Positions 38,049-47,857 of a stretch of DNA of 64,000 nucleotides are shown in pieces; position 1 is the stretch's first letter, and the number at the start of each line of letters is the position of its first letter. Under the pieces are notes generated by a model. That model searched no databases and had not been told where the DNA came from. It was given only the letters and a program-made list of their open reading frames with translations. The position numbers were made by a program, and so were the translations under genes. Source of the stretch: Thermoproteota archaeon (GTDB lineage Archaea; Thermoproteota; Thermoprotei_A; Sulfolobales; Ignisphaeraceae); contig JAUQPB010000001.1 in assembly GCA_030550585.1 (NCBI GenBank), positions 576,001 through 640,000 of the forward strand. The letters are read 5' to 3'.

Positions 38049-38717
38049 CTATTCCAAACACTTGGCTAGATGTGGAAAGCTTGTTTTAATTGTCTCTATC
38101 CTAGTGATCGCTGGAGGGTGGGCAGAGAGAAGCGTTGAAACAACATCTCTACTGTTTTTCTCTCCTTGGCTAAGAAGTATAAGGAGTCTTAGATAGGAGC
38201 AGGGGTTTGAAGCATTCGACACAGCGAATAGATCTGCTTCTAACTCATATCTTCTTGCTATATACCTTAGAGTTATCTGAATGATGATGTACACGGCTAC
38301 AAACATCGATATTAGCAATATCATATCTGTTAATGTTTCTACAAATTGCAGAATATAGATAGTGGTGCCAACGATTATAGAGAGTAGTGCTACAGCGATG
38401 AGCGTCATCTTTATGCTGTGTCTAAATTTGCAATGAGCATATTCGTGTAGCAATACAGCCTCTATATAATCTGCCGGAAGATTGCGAAGAGCACTAGTCA
38501 CAACAACTGTTCTACATGTAATTCCGAATACAAGTGCGTTATAGAATGGCGCATCCGATTCTTTGATATTTTTAAAGGGTTTTACACCTATTCTCATTGC
38601 TATCCTATTTGAGAGACTTGAGAGTAGCAAATCGTTTATAGGTCTTGCTCTAAGCCACCATAGCCTAAGTCTTATAAATCTCGCCAACATATTTTGGCGC
38701 TGTTTACCAGTTGCCAT
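38049..38717 (-). CDS. M48 family (HtpX/Ste24-like) membrane zinc protease
   Basis: YNAL, AVLLHEYAH, ELEADLFA, HPP...RI. Confidence 0.85.
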   Translation of the reverse strand: MATGKQRQNMLARFIRLRLWWLRARPINDLLLSSLSNRIAMRIGVKPFKNIKESDAPFYNALVFGITCRTVVVTSALRNLPADYIEAVLLHEYAHCKFRHSIKMTLIAVALLSIIVGTTIYILQFVETLTDMILLISMFVAVYIIIQITLRYIARRYELEADLFAVSNASNPCSYLRLLILLSQGEKNSRDVVSTLLSAHPPAITRIETIKTSFPHLAKCLE

Positions 38718-38974
38718 AGCATCGAATCACATTCGACAAGGCTTTGAATATAATTGATATTATGTAATCATCTTTAAATGTTTTTGATACTGGATTAACC
38801 CACTTCATTATCAGGATACCTGCTGCATATCCGAAACTTGTATAAAATGCTTGATATAGCTATCACAAGATCTTTATAAAGTGTGATGTGTGGCAAGCAG
38901 AGAATGTGTGGCGTTGATTAATAGTGTAAGATAATATAATAATGGGTTAGAATTTATCGATGTAATATGAAGGT

Positions 38975-39598
38975 TTATATAACCTCTGAGAGGTGTTGCT
39001 CTATATACTGTGCATGGTCAACTATCCTCTCTATGTGCCTCATTAGCAGCGCCTTTACAGCTTTTTCTCTTGGTACAACATCGCTAGTTGTTATCTCTCT
39101 TAGTATCTCCTGGTACTCTTTATCAACATGTTCGTCAACTTCGTTGACTATGGCTATTCTCTTTGGTGAAAAGTCTATGAGATCGTTTAGTGCAGCATCC
39201 AATGCCTTTAGAGCTTCTTTAAATATGCTGGAAATGTTTTGTATGGTTGATATTGCCGAGACTGGTGCTAGCAAAGAGTCTATTCTCGCTATTTCTCTAC
39301 AGTAACGAGATATTCTATACACATCATATGCTATGCTTATTAATGCATGTGCCGATAGAAGCTCTTTGCCTAGGGGCTGTCTCCTAGCTATGAAAACCAG
39401 AACCTCTGTAACAAATTCTCTTCTAATTTTATCTAATATCATTGACAAATTGTCTATCTCTTTCCAGAGCCTCTTTCTATCCTCTAAATTACTCGTTGAA
39501 ATCAAGCTCATTGTATGTTTGGCTATAGCCTTGGTGTTTTCAGCCATGTGAAGCAATATCACTTTGAGTTTCTCAAGCTCTGAGACCGTTATAGACAA
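38975..39598 (-). CDS. phoU: Phosphate uptake regulator PhoU
   Basis: ARRQPLGKEL, YDVYRISRY, ERIVDHA; last gene of the pst operon. Confidence 0.9.
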   Translation of the reverse strand: MSITVSELEKLKVILLHMAENTKAIAKHTMSLISTSNLEDRKRLWKEIDNLSMILDKIRREFVTEVLVFIARRQPLGKELLSAHALISIAYDVYRISRYCREIARIDSLLAPVSAISTIQNISSIFKEALKALDAALNDLIDFSPKRIAIVNEVDEHVDKEYQEILREITTSDVVPREKAVKALLMRHIERIVDHAQYIEQHLSEVI

Positions 39599-40348
39599 TT
39601 ATATCTCACCTCTCAAAAGCTTTTGAGCAAGTTCTGTGGTTGGTCTTAAAAATATTTGGTTTGCTGGTCCCTGCTCAACAATTCTACCATCGTAAACAAT
39701 GGTTACATAGTCTGCAACTCTTGCTGCTTGATGCGGGTAGTGTGTAACCATAATAACTGTAATCTCATCTTTTAGAGAGACTATAGCCTCCTCAAGTTTT
39801 CTGGCATTAACAGGGTCTATGTTTGCAGTTGGCTCGTCTAGCAATAGAAGCTTTGGCTTCATGGCAAGAGCCCTTGCTAGACAGAGTCTCTGTTTTTGCC
39901 CTCCGCTAAGCTGATGAGGATAGTCATAGAGTCTATCTTTAACCTCGTCCCAAAGCATGGCCTTTTCAAGAGCCCATCTAACAACAGCATCAAGGTCTTT
40001 TCTATTCTTAGCAACGCCATTGATTTTGGCTGCTATCGCAACATTGTCATATATGGTCATATGTGGGAATGGGTTGGGGGTTTGGAACACCATCCCTATA
40101 TATCTTCTGAGCTCATATGGATCCTTCTTCAGCGCATCAAAGCCTAGGACTTTTACCGTACCCTCAACTCTAGCATCACGATTTACATCTATAAGTCTGT
40201 TTATAACCCTGAGGATGGTTGTTTTTCCAGAGCCTGAGGGGCCCATAATGACATAGACGGAGTTGTACGGAATCTTCAAACTTATGTTCTTTAGTATATG
40301 TCTATTGCCTATATACACATTGACATTCTCCATCTCAACAGCATACAC
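39599..40348 (-). CDS. pstB: Phosphate ABC transporter ATPase
   Basis: GPSGSGKT, MVFQTPNPFPHMTIYDNV, LWDEVKDRL, LSGGQKQRLCLARALA. Confidence 0.95.
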   Translation of the reverse strand: MYAVEMENVNVYIGNRHILKNISLKIPYNSVYVIMGPSGSGKTTILRVINRLIDVNRDARVEGTVKVLGFDALKKDPYELRRYIGMVFQTPNPFPHMTIYDNVAIAAKINGVAKNRKDLDAVVRWALEKAMLWDEVKDRLYDYPHQLSGGQKQRLCLARALAMKPKLLLLDEPTANIDPVNARKLEEAIVSLKDEITVIMVTHYPHQAARVADYVTIVYDGRIVEQGPANQIFLRPTTELAQKLLRGEI

Positions 40349-41193
40349 TATAACTTCACCCCTCTAACAGCTAACTTAGTGGCAATGAAAATAATTAGAT
40401 ATGCAATTAACAGCAGTGCTGCAGCACCCCATGCAATCTCCTGGAAGTTTCTGTAGGGGGTAAGTATATAGTCGAATATTAGAAGTGGTAATGCATCTGT
40501 TGGCCCTAGAATAGATGTTGATACACCTATTCTATACCTCCCAACAGTAAATAGCAGCGCGGCTGTTTCGCCGAGTATTCTAGCCATGGTCATAAGAACT
40601 GTCACTAAAACACCTCTTCTTATAATTGGCAGAAAAACCCTTGTGACTGTTTTCCATCTAGACATAGCTATAGAATATGCGGCTTCTCTATATGTTTCTG
40701 GTATTGAGCGCAGATATGTTGAGAAGTATGTGTATGCATATGGGAGAGAAACTATTGTTAATGCCACAACACCTGCAAGAGTTGAGAAGGTTCCCATGGG
40801 AACTACAACAAGGAGGTATACAACCATTGAAACCGCTATTGTTGGAATACTAGCCAGAGACTTTGCAACAACATCAACAGCTATCGACAGAGGATTTCTA
40901 GGAAACTCGTTAACCATGATGGAAGAGAACAAGGCTATCACAATTGTTATTGGGAGGGCTAGTGCTGTTAGCATTAGAGAGCCTACTAGCGACGGTGCTA
41001 TACCGCCAACATCTTTTGATGTTGGTGCTGGTGGGATGCTTGTGAAGAAACTGGGGCCAGCTCTAATGATAACTGACAGTCCGTTAGCCAAGGTTACTAC
41101 TATCAAGTGTATGACTGGTGTGATGGCTATGATAGACAGTATCAGTATTACGGCAAAAAATATTCTATCCTTTAATTTTCTCCACTTATACAA
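40348..41193 (-). CDS. pstA: Phosphate ABC transporter permease
   Basis: GGIAPSLVGS, SIPTI, REAAY, ARILGETA. Confidence 0.92.
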   Translation of the reverse strand: MYKWRKLKDRIFFAVILILSIIAITPVIHLIVVTLANGLSVIIRAGPSFFTSIPPAPTSKDVGGIAPSLVGSLMLTALALPITIVIALFSSIMVNEFPRNPLSIAVDVVAKSLASIPTIAVSMVVYLLVVVPMGTFSTLAGVVALTIVSLPYAYTYFSTYLRSIPETYREAAYSIAMSRWKTVTRVFLPIIRRGVLVTVLMTMARILGETAALLFTVGRYRIGVSTSILGPTDALPLLIFDYILTPYRNFQEIAWGAAALLLIAYLIIFIATKLAVRGVKL

Positions 41194-42103
41194 CTACCCT
41201 CCTCCTCCACCTACTCATTAAAGATAGTCCAATAAAGCTAAGTATAATTGCAACAACTAGAACAACTAATGCCGAGGAATACAAAACAGATTCTGCATAT
41301 CTATACAAGTAAGCATTGCCAAACTGAGAAGCTATTAGAGCAGAGACTGTGTACCCTGGCGAGAATATGCATGAGCCTAGATACATTGAGTTGCCAATTG
41401 TTGTCACAGCTATTGTTGTTTCGCCCAAGGCTCTTGCAAATCCGAGTATAATCGATGCTATTACGGCTGGTTTTGCCAGTGATAACAACACCTTTACTGT
41501 TTCATATCTTGTCGCTCCAATGCCTAGGCAAGCCTCTCTATAGGTGGTTGGGATACTCTCATAAGATTCAAAGATCATTGCAGTAACGTAGGGCGTTATC
41601 GATATTCCTATGGATATTCCTGCGGTAAATATTGTGAAGGCTGTGATTGGTTTGCAGGAGAATATGGGTATGAAGGATAGGTATATACTTAGAGGATCCA
41701 TAACATAGGTCTTCAATATTGGTGCTAGGTACATGGACGCCCACATAGCATAGATGATTGTTGGCACACCACTCATAAGCTCGACAATAGACGATAGAAT
41801 ATCTCTAACCAAATCATGCACATACTCAGCCAATAGAATGGCTAGTGGAACTGAAAATACAAGTGCTGTCACTGTAGCTAGAATAGATGTTGTGATAGAG
41901 CCTACTATCGGTGCTAATAGGCCATATCTGCTATGTTCAGGATCCCATATACTGGATGTGAAGAGACTAAGACCAAAGGCGTTAAAGGCTTCAAAAGATC
42001 TTGAAATAAGGATAAGAATAGCTATGACAAGTATGGCTAGGAGAGATATTGAAAAGGGTGTGAGTGTTAGAAAAAATAGCATGTCTTTTCTACTGGCCTT
42101 CAT
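41186..42103 (-). CDS. pstC: Phosphate ABC transporter permease
   Basis: WDP..RYG, ELMSGVPTIIY, REACLGIGATRYE, RALGET. Confidence 0.92.
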   Translation of the reverse strand: MKASRKDMLFFLTLTPFSISLLAILVIAILILISRSFEAFNAFGLSLFTSSIWDPEHSRYGLLAPIVGSITTSILATVTALVFSVPLAILLAEYVHDLVRDILSSIVELMSGVPTIIYAMWASMYLAPILKTYVMDPLSIYLSFIPIFSCKPITAFTIFTAGISIGISITPYVTAMIFESYESIPTTYREACLGIGATRYETVKVLLSLAKPAVIASIILGFARALGETTIAVTTIGNSMYLGSCIFSPGYTVSALIASQFGNAYLYRYAESVLYSSALVVLVVAIILSFIGLSLMSRWRRRVVV

Positions 42104-42114
42104 AATGCTTTGCC

Positions 42115-43242
42115 CTAAGATGATATCATGTTTGCAGCCTCAATTAAAAGGTTTCTAATGTTTTCAGGTGGTGCAACATACCCTTGTATAACATGTTTAT
42201 ACCCTTCTTCGGCGACCCACATCAGAAACTCCTTTACTGCCAAAGCCTTTGACTGATCCCCATATTTCTTCCAGAGGATTATATGTGTTGGCGCTACTAT
42301 GGGGTAGCTATCCTCGCCAGGAGCATAAACAATTTGATATGCATCTTCGCTAAAGTCGCTGAGTGGTGATTGGGGTAAAACAGCTTTTTCTAGAGAAGCC
42401 ATTATCGATTTGTTAGATGGTGCCACAAAAGCCCCTGCAGCATTCTTTATTGCTGCAATAGGAAGGTTATTCATTATTGCATAGCTCCACTCAACGTATC
42501 CAATGGAATATGGTGTTTGCATAACTATTTGCGTTACCCCTTCGCTACCCTTGCCACCTATACCCCTACCAGTTGATGTAACAGGCCAGTTAACGGTTTT
42601 CCCCACAAGGTCTTTAGACCACGAACCATTGGTTGACTTGTATAGAAATATTGTGAATATCTCTGTTGTTCCACTAGCATCAGTTCTATAGACAGGTATT
42701 ATCTCCTTGTGTGGAAGCTTATCTGCTATATCGGTATTGAGGCTTTTTATCCGTGGGTCGTCCCAGTAAACTATAGACCCTTTATAGATATCTGCTAAAA
42801 CAGATCCATCAAGTTTCAATGTATAGTTGGTAGGAATGCCAGGCACATTATATACTATTGCAACTGCTCCAGCCAGCCAAGGAATCTGTAGGACGCTTCC
42901 ATTATACTTTAGCCACATATCTCTAGATAGAGGCGGATCTGAACAGGCAAAGTCGACCACATTCTGGAAGAACATGCTTAGACCTGCACCACTTCCCACA
43001 GATTGGTAGCTTATCTTTATACCTTTTTGAGAATAGAACAACTGGATCCACTCATTCAGCTGTGGATATACAAGTGTCGAGCCCGCTCCCTGGATTATAA
43101 CATTGTATGTGGTCTGAGGTGTTTGGGTTGTTATTATTGTTTGTGGTGAGGTAGAGGAATACATTATCTTTATGAATAGATATGGTAGAACAACTGCAAC
43201 AATAATCACTATTATGATTGCTACAAAGGTTTTTCTATCCAT
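42115..43242 (-). CDS. pstS: Phosphate-binding protein
   Basis: GAGST, YQSVGSGAG, DFACSD, RTDASGTT, IGYVE, YPIV. Confidence 0.95.
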   Translation of the reverse strand: MDRKTFVAIIIVIIVAVVLPYLFIKIMYSSTSPQTIITTQTPQTTYNVIIQGAGSTLVYPQLNEWIQLFYSQKGIKISYQSVGSGAGLSMFFQNVVDFACSDPPLSRDMWLKYNGSVLQIPWLAGAVAIVYNVPGIPTNYTLKLDGSVLADIYKGSIVYWDDPRIKSLNTDIADKLPHKEIIPVYRTDASGTTEIFTIFLYKSTNGSWSKDLVGKTVNWPVTSTGRGIGGKGSEGVTQIVMQTPYSIGYVEWSYAIMNNLPIAAIKNAAGAFVAPSNKSIMASLEKAVLPQSPLSDFSEDAYQIVYAPGEDSYPIVAPTHIILWKKYGDQSKALAVKEFLMWVAEEGYKHVIQGYVAPPENIRNLLIEAANMISS

Positions 43243-43306
43243 CTTTTACGCCAGGGTCTATATTTGAAGATAAAAGTATATAAATCTTGCTAATGAATGT
43301 TTATAG

Positions 43307-43334
43307 AACATAAGTATAGCATTATAAGTATGTT
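43307..43334. promoter_or_regulatory. Dyad AACATA-n2-TATA-n4-TATA-n2-TATGTT upstream of the pstS TATA box
   Basis: 28-bp imperfect palindrome ~20 bp upstream of minus-strand TTTATATA (~43277-43284). Confidence 0.4.
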
Positions 43335-43394
43335 ATTGAATATGTATAAAAAATTCGCAGGTTTAAAGAAACGCATACACAGATTTGCATCTAG

Positions 43395-45383
43395 TTATTT
43401 AATAGCTTTTTTCTTCTGCACAATCTTTATGTTAGTGATTCTAATACTCTTTAAAGGCTGTGTATAACTACCATTATCAGAGCCTCTTTTAGTGCATGTA
43501 ACCATATTTGCTTTTCTATGCCACGGAATGGCTACAACCCCCCTAGGAACCTTATCGTTGGTTTTTGCATAGAATATCTCTTTGCCACACTCTGTCTCGA
43601 TTTCTATTACATCTCCATCGTCTATTCCAATAGCTTTGGCGTCAAATCTATTTATTATAGCAATATCAATGTTTTTATCTATACATAGGGATGTGTTGTA
43701 GCACAAACTCGATCTATATGTTGTTAATATGAGGTATTCTCTCTTGTCATCTTCCTCTTTGTCTGTAATCCTCGAGAAAATTGCTTTGCCCAGAGGAGTT
43801 TCAAATCTATTTTGATACAACCTAGAGGTACATTCTCCATTTTCGCAAGGCCATATAACTCCATTTTCATTTTCTTTCAGTTTCTGCGGTGTAATACCTC
43901 TATATATGGGTACCACACTACTTATTTCAATAGTTATATCCTCTACTGATCCATATTCTCTCCAGCTATCTAATCCAATCATTCTGCCTAGCTGCTCAAC
44001 TATAACCCAGTCTGGCAGCACCTTTCCCGGAGGATCTAATATCTTGTATGACCATTGAACTCTTCTCTCCGAGTTTGTGTAGGAACCTTCCTTTTCTAAA
44101 CGAGTTGCTACAGGTAGTACATAGTCGGCGTATTGTGTGGTCTCACTCCATCTTATCTCATGAACAACCACAAGCTCGATGTTTTGAAGAGCTTTCCTAA
44201 CCATTGTCGAGTTTGGGTGGCTTAGAACAGGATTTTCACCAATTATGAATAGAGCCCTTATATCTCCTTTCAAAGCTTTTTCAAAAATCTCGATGCTTGT
44301 ATATCCCGGTTCACTTGGAATGTTATCGATGTTCCATGCATCTTGGAATAGCCTTTTCTTGTACTCATCATCAACTCTTACATAGCCTGGAAGGTAATTT
44401 GGTAGTGCACCCATATCGCAAGCTCCCTGGACATTGCTCTGACCCCTTACCGGGTACAATCCGCAACCTCTTCTACCAATATAGCCTAGAAGCAAAGCCA
44501 GATTAACTATAGCTGAGACGTTGTTCTTGGCTGTCACATGTTGTGTTATACCCATTCCCCATAGTATAGAGCCGCAACCAGCCGAAGCAAACTCTCTTGC
44601 CACCTCCTCAACCAGGCTACTTTCAACACCAAGCTCCCTACATTTCGATATGTCATAACGTTTTGCAATTTGATAGAACCCCTCGAAACCTTCTGTCATT
44701 TGATGAACGAATCTCTTGTTGTATAATCCGCTAGAGATTATTATGTTTGCCATGCAGAGAAGAAGCTTGTAGTCCTCTCCAGGTCTACCTATCTGAATAA
44801 ATATATCAGCTAGTTCAGCCGTTTCGCTTCTCCTAACATCGATTACGATTATCTTGGCGCCCCTCTTCTTAGCCTCTAAAATCAAGGCTGCTAGAGGAGG
44901 ATGTGTAGCAACAGGATTATAGCCAATTATCAGAATAGCTTTTGAATACAATAGATCTGAAAAAGGGTTTGTCTGAGCTCCAAACCCAAGCGATTTGGCA
45001 AGGACATCAACACTTATTGCATGGCATAGCCTTGCACAATTATCTATATTATTGCTTCCAAGAAACCTAGCAAGCTTCTGAATCAAATAATTCTCCTCGT
45101 TAGAGCATTGTGAGCATCCTATAAAAGCTATGGAGGAGCCCCCATATACCTTGACAATCTTTCTCAGCTCTGTAGCTATATCATTTAAGACACTGTTCCA
45201 TGTAGCTTCTGAAAAGATATCGCCTCTTCTAACATATGGATATAGAACCCTATTGGATGGAGAGGTAAGATTCGTTATCAAAGAGCCTTTGAAGCATCCA
45301 TAGCCATACGCAGAACCATTTTCTTTATTTATGTAAATACTGCAACCATATCCGCAAAAAGGGCAAACAATTCTTGAAGCCAA
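43395..45383 (-). CDS. fdhA: Formate dehydrogenase alpha-like molybdo/tungsto-bisPGD oxidoreductase
   Basis: CPFCGYGC..GC [4Fe-4S], NNIDNCARLCH (Cys ligand), MGITQH, RGQSNVQGACDMG, GENP, ERRVQ; TTG 45383 behind GGTG. Confidence 0.88.
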   Translation of the reverse strand: MASRIVCPFCGYGCSIYINKENGSAYGYGCFKGSLITNLTSPSNRVLYPYVRRGDIFSEATWNSVLNDIATELRKIVKVYGGSSIAFIGCSQCSNEENYLIQKLARFLGSNNIDNCARLCHAISVDVLAKSLGFGAQTNPFSDLLYSKAILIIGYNPVATHPPLAALILEAKKRGAKIIVIDVRRSETAELADIFIQIGRPGEDYKLLLCMANIIISSGLYNKRFVHQMTEGFEGFYQIAKRYDISKCRELGVESSLVEEVAREFASAGCGSILWGMGITQHVTAKNNVSAIVNLALLLGYIGRRGCGLYPVRGQSNVQGACDMGALPNYLPGYVRVDDEYKKRLFQDAWNIDNIPSEPGYTSIEIFEKALKGDIRALFIIGENPVLSHPNSTMVRKALQNIELVVVHEIRWSETTQYADYVLPVATRLEKEGSYTNSERRVQWSYKILDPPGKVLPDWVIVEQLGRMIGLDSWREYGSVEDITIEISSVVPIYRGITPQKLKENENGVIWPCENGECTSRLYQNRFETPLGKAIFSRITDKEEDDKREYLILTTYRSSLCYNTSLCIDKNIDIAIINRFDAKAIGIDDGDVIEIETECGKEIFYAKTNDKVPRGVVAIPWHRKANMVTCTKRGSDNGSYTQPLKSIRITNIKIVQKKKAIK

Positions 45384-45520
45384 TCTAGATCGCACCAATG
45401 AAAAATATGTTAACAAATCCCAATTTAAGCAACGTATTTACATAAATTATGTAATGAGGCGATTATAATAAAGCAATTTAAGTATTGCAACCACACAAAC
45501 CCTTCTAGAGTAAGGCAAAT

Positions 45521-45577
45521 CCATGATGACCCCTTCATGCTCTGAACTCCACATGATGTGTGCTGGGATATCTGATG
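45521..45577 (+). ncRNA. Box C/D sRNA
   Basis: C ATGATGA (45523-29), 12-nt guide CCCCTTCATGCT, D' CTGA (45542-45), C' ATGATGT (45553-59), 12-nt guide GTGCTGGGATAT, D CTGA (45572-75). Confidence 0.85.
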
Positions 45578-46288
45578 AATTTTCGTAAGCAACTAAGAAG
45601 GGATATAAGAGATCTCATAACCAACATCATTTCATATAATGCTATAGGTGTTGGCTATAGTTTTTGGAGGCAGAGACCATGGGCCATAGCAACCATTGCT
45701 AAGGGGAAAGCTGTTCTGGATCTTGGCTCAGGCCCTTGCATAAACGGTGTAGCAACGGCTCTTAGAAATGGCGGATATGTAGTCTGTCTCGACATTTCAA
45801 AGACGATGGCTAGCATGGCTAGATATACCCTCAAGAAGTTCAATGTGCTTGGCGACGCTGTGATAGCCGATGCTTTGAAAACACCTTTTAGAAGCAACTC
45901 TTTCGATGCTATCCTCGCTATTGCTGTTGTTCACCATATTCCAAAATCTCTTTTGCCCATATTATTTTCAGAGGCTAGGAGAATTCTAAAGGTGTTGGGC
46001 ATTTTTGTTGTGACTGTGTGGTCTTGGAGACATAGAAGATTCATTTTGAAAACCTTTCTTAACATCTTTTTCACATTACTTGGCTTGCTAGGATATTTGA
46101 GAAGATATGTGATTTTTTGGAAAAGCAGAAGAGGATATTTCAAAAGGGTCTACTACCTGTACGACCTGAAGGAGCTTATCGAAGCTGTAAAAAGTTCGAA
46201 GATGGTGGTCGCTTCGAGTGGGTATACATGGTATATTAGGCAAGATAATCGAAATGTCTATGTAGCGGCGCTAAAGAGCAGAGCTTGA
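45575..46288 (+). CDS. Class I SAM methyltransferase, Trm9/ALKBH8-MT-like (tRNA U34 carboxymethyl methyltransferase)
   Basis: YNAI...S.WRQRPW, LDLGSG, ADALKTPFRSNSFDAILAIAVVHH, VWS, RVYYLY...EL mirror the Trm9 motif order. Confidence 0.7.
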   Translation: MNFRKQLRRDIRDLITNIISYNAIGVGYSFWRQRPWAIATIAKGKAVLDLGSGPCINGVATALRNGGYVVCLDISKTMASMARYTLKKFNVLGDAVIADALKTPFRSNSFDAILAIAVVHHIPKSLLPILFSEARRILKVLGIFVVTVWSWRHRRFILKTFLNIFFTLLGLLGYLRRYVIFWKSRRGYFKRVYYLYDLKELIEAVKSSKMVVASSGYTWYIRQDNRNVYVAALKSRA

Positions 46289-46291
46289 CAA

Positions 46292-47743
46292 TTATCTAAG
46301 TTCTTTGGCCATATATGGAGAGCCAGAAGGTCTTCTATACCCATGCTTTCTGTAATACTCTCTCGCGCCAACGCCTGAAAGCACAAGGATTTTTCTACAG
46401 CTAAACTCGTATTTAGCAATCTCCTCAGCTGTTGCAAGGAGTTTCGAGCCCCAGCCACGATGTTGCCAACCATCTTCATTGCGGTCTCCAATCGGTATCT
46501 GAGGGCCATACACATGCAATTCTCTTACAATTGCTGTTGAAGAGTCTATCTCTGGCCTGTGTGCCTTGGCTGATGGTATTCTAAGCCTGAGCAAGCCGAC
46601 CAGCACATTGTTTTCAACATCCTCTGCGGCCAAGAATACCTCTGTTCCTTGGCTAGCCTCATAAACCTCCTTGGTTATCTCTATTCTTGATGGCCTTACA
46701 CCTCTGAACATCTCCTGTCTTCCAACCTCTCTAAACCTAATCTCATTTATCTTTATACCCTTCTCAAGAGCCCTCTTCTCAACAAGCTCTCTCAGATTAG
46801 CCTTCTTGGGTCCCGCCAATATTATCGGTGCTGGAATGTCTCTCTGGATCCTCATAACCCTTACCCACTTTGGTATAAATCTGTAGAACTCTGAGATGAG
46901 CTCAACAGCCTCTTCATCCGTCAACGCCTTGTAGAGACCATTTCTCCACATTTCATAAAGCTTAGTCCCCTCGATGACCAGCGTTGGATATATCTTAAGC
47001 ATGTCCGGTCTAAAGTCAGGATTCTCAAAAATCTCTTTAACCATTTCAATATCCCTATCCCTATCTGAACCCGGGAGACCAGGCATAATATGGTACACAA
47101 CCTTGAATCCAGAATCCTTCAGTACTCTGGTAGCTTCTACAACATCTTTCACAGTATGACCTCTATTAACCTTTTGAAGAACATCGTCATAGATGCTCTG
47201 AACACCTATCTCAACCTTTGTAGCCCCTAGATACAGCATCCAATCAGCATCTCTCTCCTTTGCCCAGTCAGGTCTTGTCTCAAGGGTAAGGCCAACAATT
47301 CTGATAGAGGCTGTCTCATTTTTCTCGTGGGCCTCTTCAAGACTCGGCATACTCTCGGGTTTTGGCTCTGGAAACCTATTGACAGCCTCGAAAATGTTTG
47401 TAATGAACCACAGCTGGTAGTCTCTAGGCAGAGCAGTGAATGTGCCGCCCATAACAACGACCTCTACTTTGCTTGGCGCATGACCCATGCCAACATATTG
47501 TCTTAGCCTAAGCCTAACCTGCTCATAGGGGTCGAAACCAACGTGAATAGCTCTCATCAGAGCTGGTTCATTGCCTATATAGCTCTGTGGAGTTCCATAC
47601 TCTACACCGCCGGGGCAGTAAATACATTTTCCATGTGGACATGGAAAAGGCTTTGTCATCACAGCTACTATAGTCACGCCAGAAAGGGTTCTGGTAGGCC
47701 TTATAACACGCTCTCTAATCTTCAGCGCCATGCACATTCTCAA
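46292..47743 (-). CDS. elp3: Elp3 tRNA uridine(34) acetyltransferase (radical SAM + KAT)
   Basis: RTLSGV.IVAVMTKP, CPHGKCIYC, LETRPD, KIYPTLV, RIQRDIP, VRELHVYG, QHRGWG, SGVGAREYY. Confidence 0.96.
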   Translation of the reverse strand: MRMCMALKIRERVIRPTRTLSGVTIVAVMTKPFPCPHGKCIYCPGGVEYGTPQSYIGNEPALMRAIHVGFDPYEQVRLRLRQYVGMGHAPSKVEVVVMGGTFTALPRDYQLWFITNIFEAVNRFPEPKPESMPSLEEAHEKNETASIRIVGLTLETRPDWAKERDADWMLYLGATKVEIGVQSIYDDVLQKVNRGHTVKDVVEATRVLKDSGFKVVYHIMPGLPGSDRDRDIEMVKEIFENPDFRPDMLKIYPTLVIEGTKLYEMWRNGLYKALTDEEAVELISEFYRFIPKWVRVMRIQRDIPAPIILAGPKKANLRELVEKRALEKGIKINEIRFREVGRQEMFRGVRPSRIEITKEVYEASQGTEVFLAAEDVENNVLVGLLRLRIPSAKAHRPEIDSSTAIVRELHVYGPQIPIGDRNEDGWQHRGWGSKLLATAEEIAKYEFSCRKILVLSGVGAREYYRKHGYRRPSGSPYMAKELR

Positions 47744-47857
47744 AATGTTTTATATAATTAATGTTTAAAAATTATTTTGATTAACCGTCGGCAATAAAAG
47801 TCAAATTTAGCCCAAGTGGATGTAAATTGTTTGTGCCATTTACACTATTTTCTATAT

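Noticed and set aside
38785-38835. Minus-strand CTGA-TA-ATGAAG resembling a D'/C' pair
   Set aside because: No convincing terminal C or D box
40586-41221. Long plus-strand ORFs opposite pstA, thiDN, rad50 and the pilus genes
   Set aside because: Fully antisense to well-supported genes and lacking motifs
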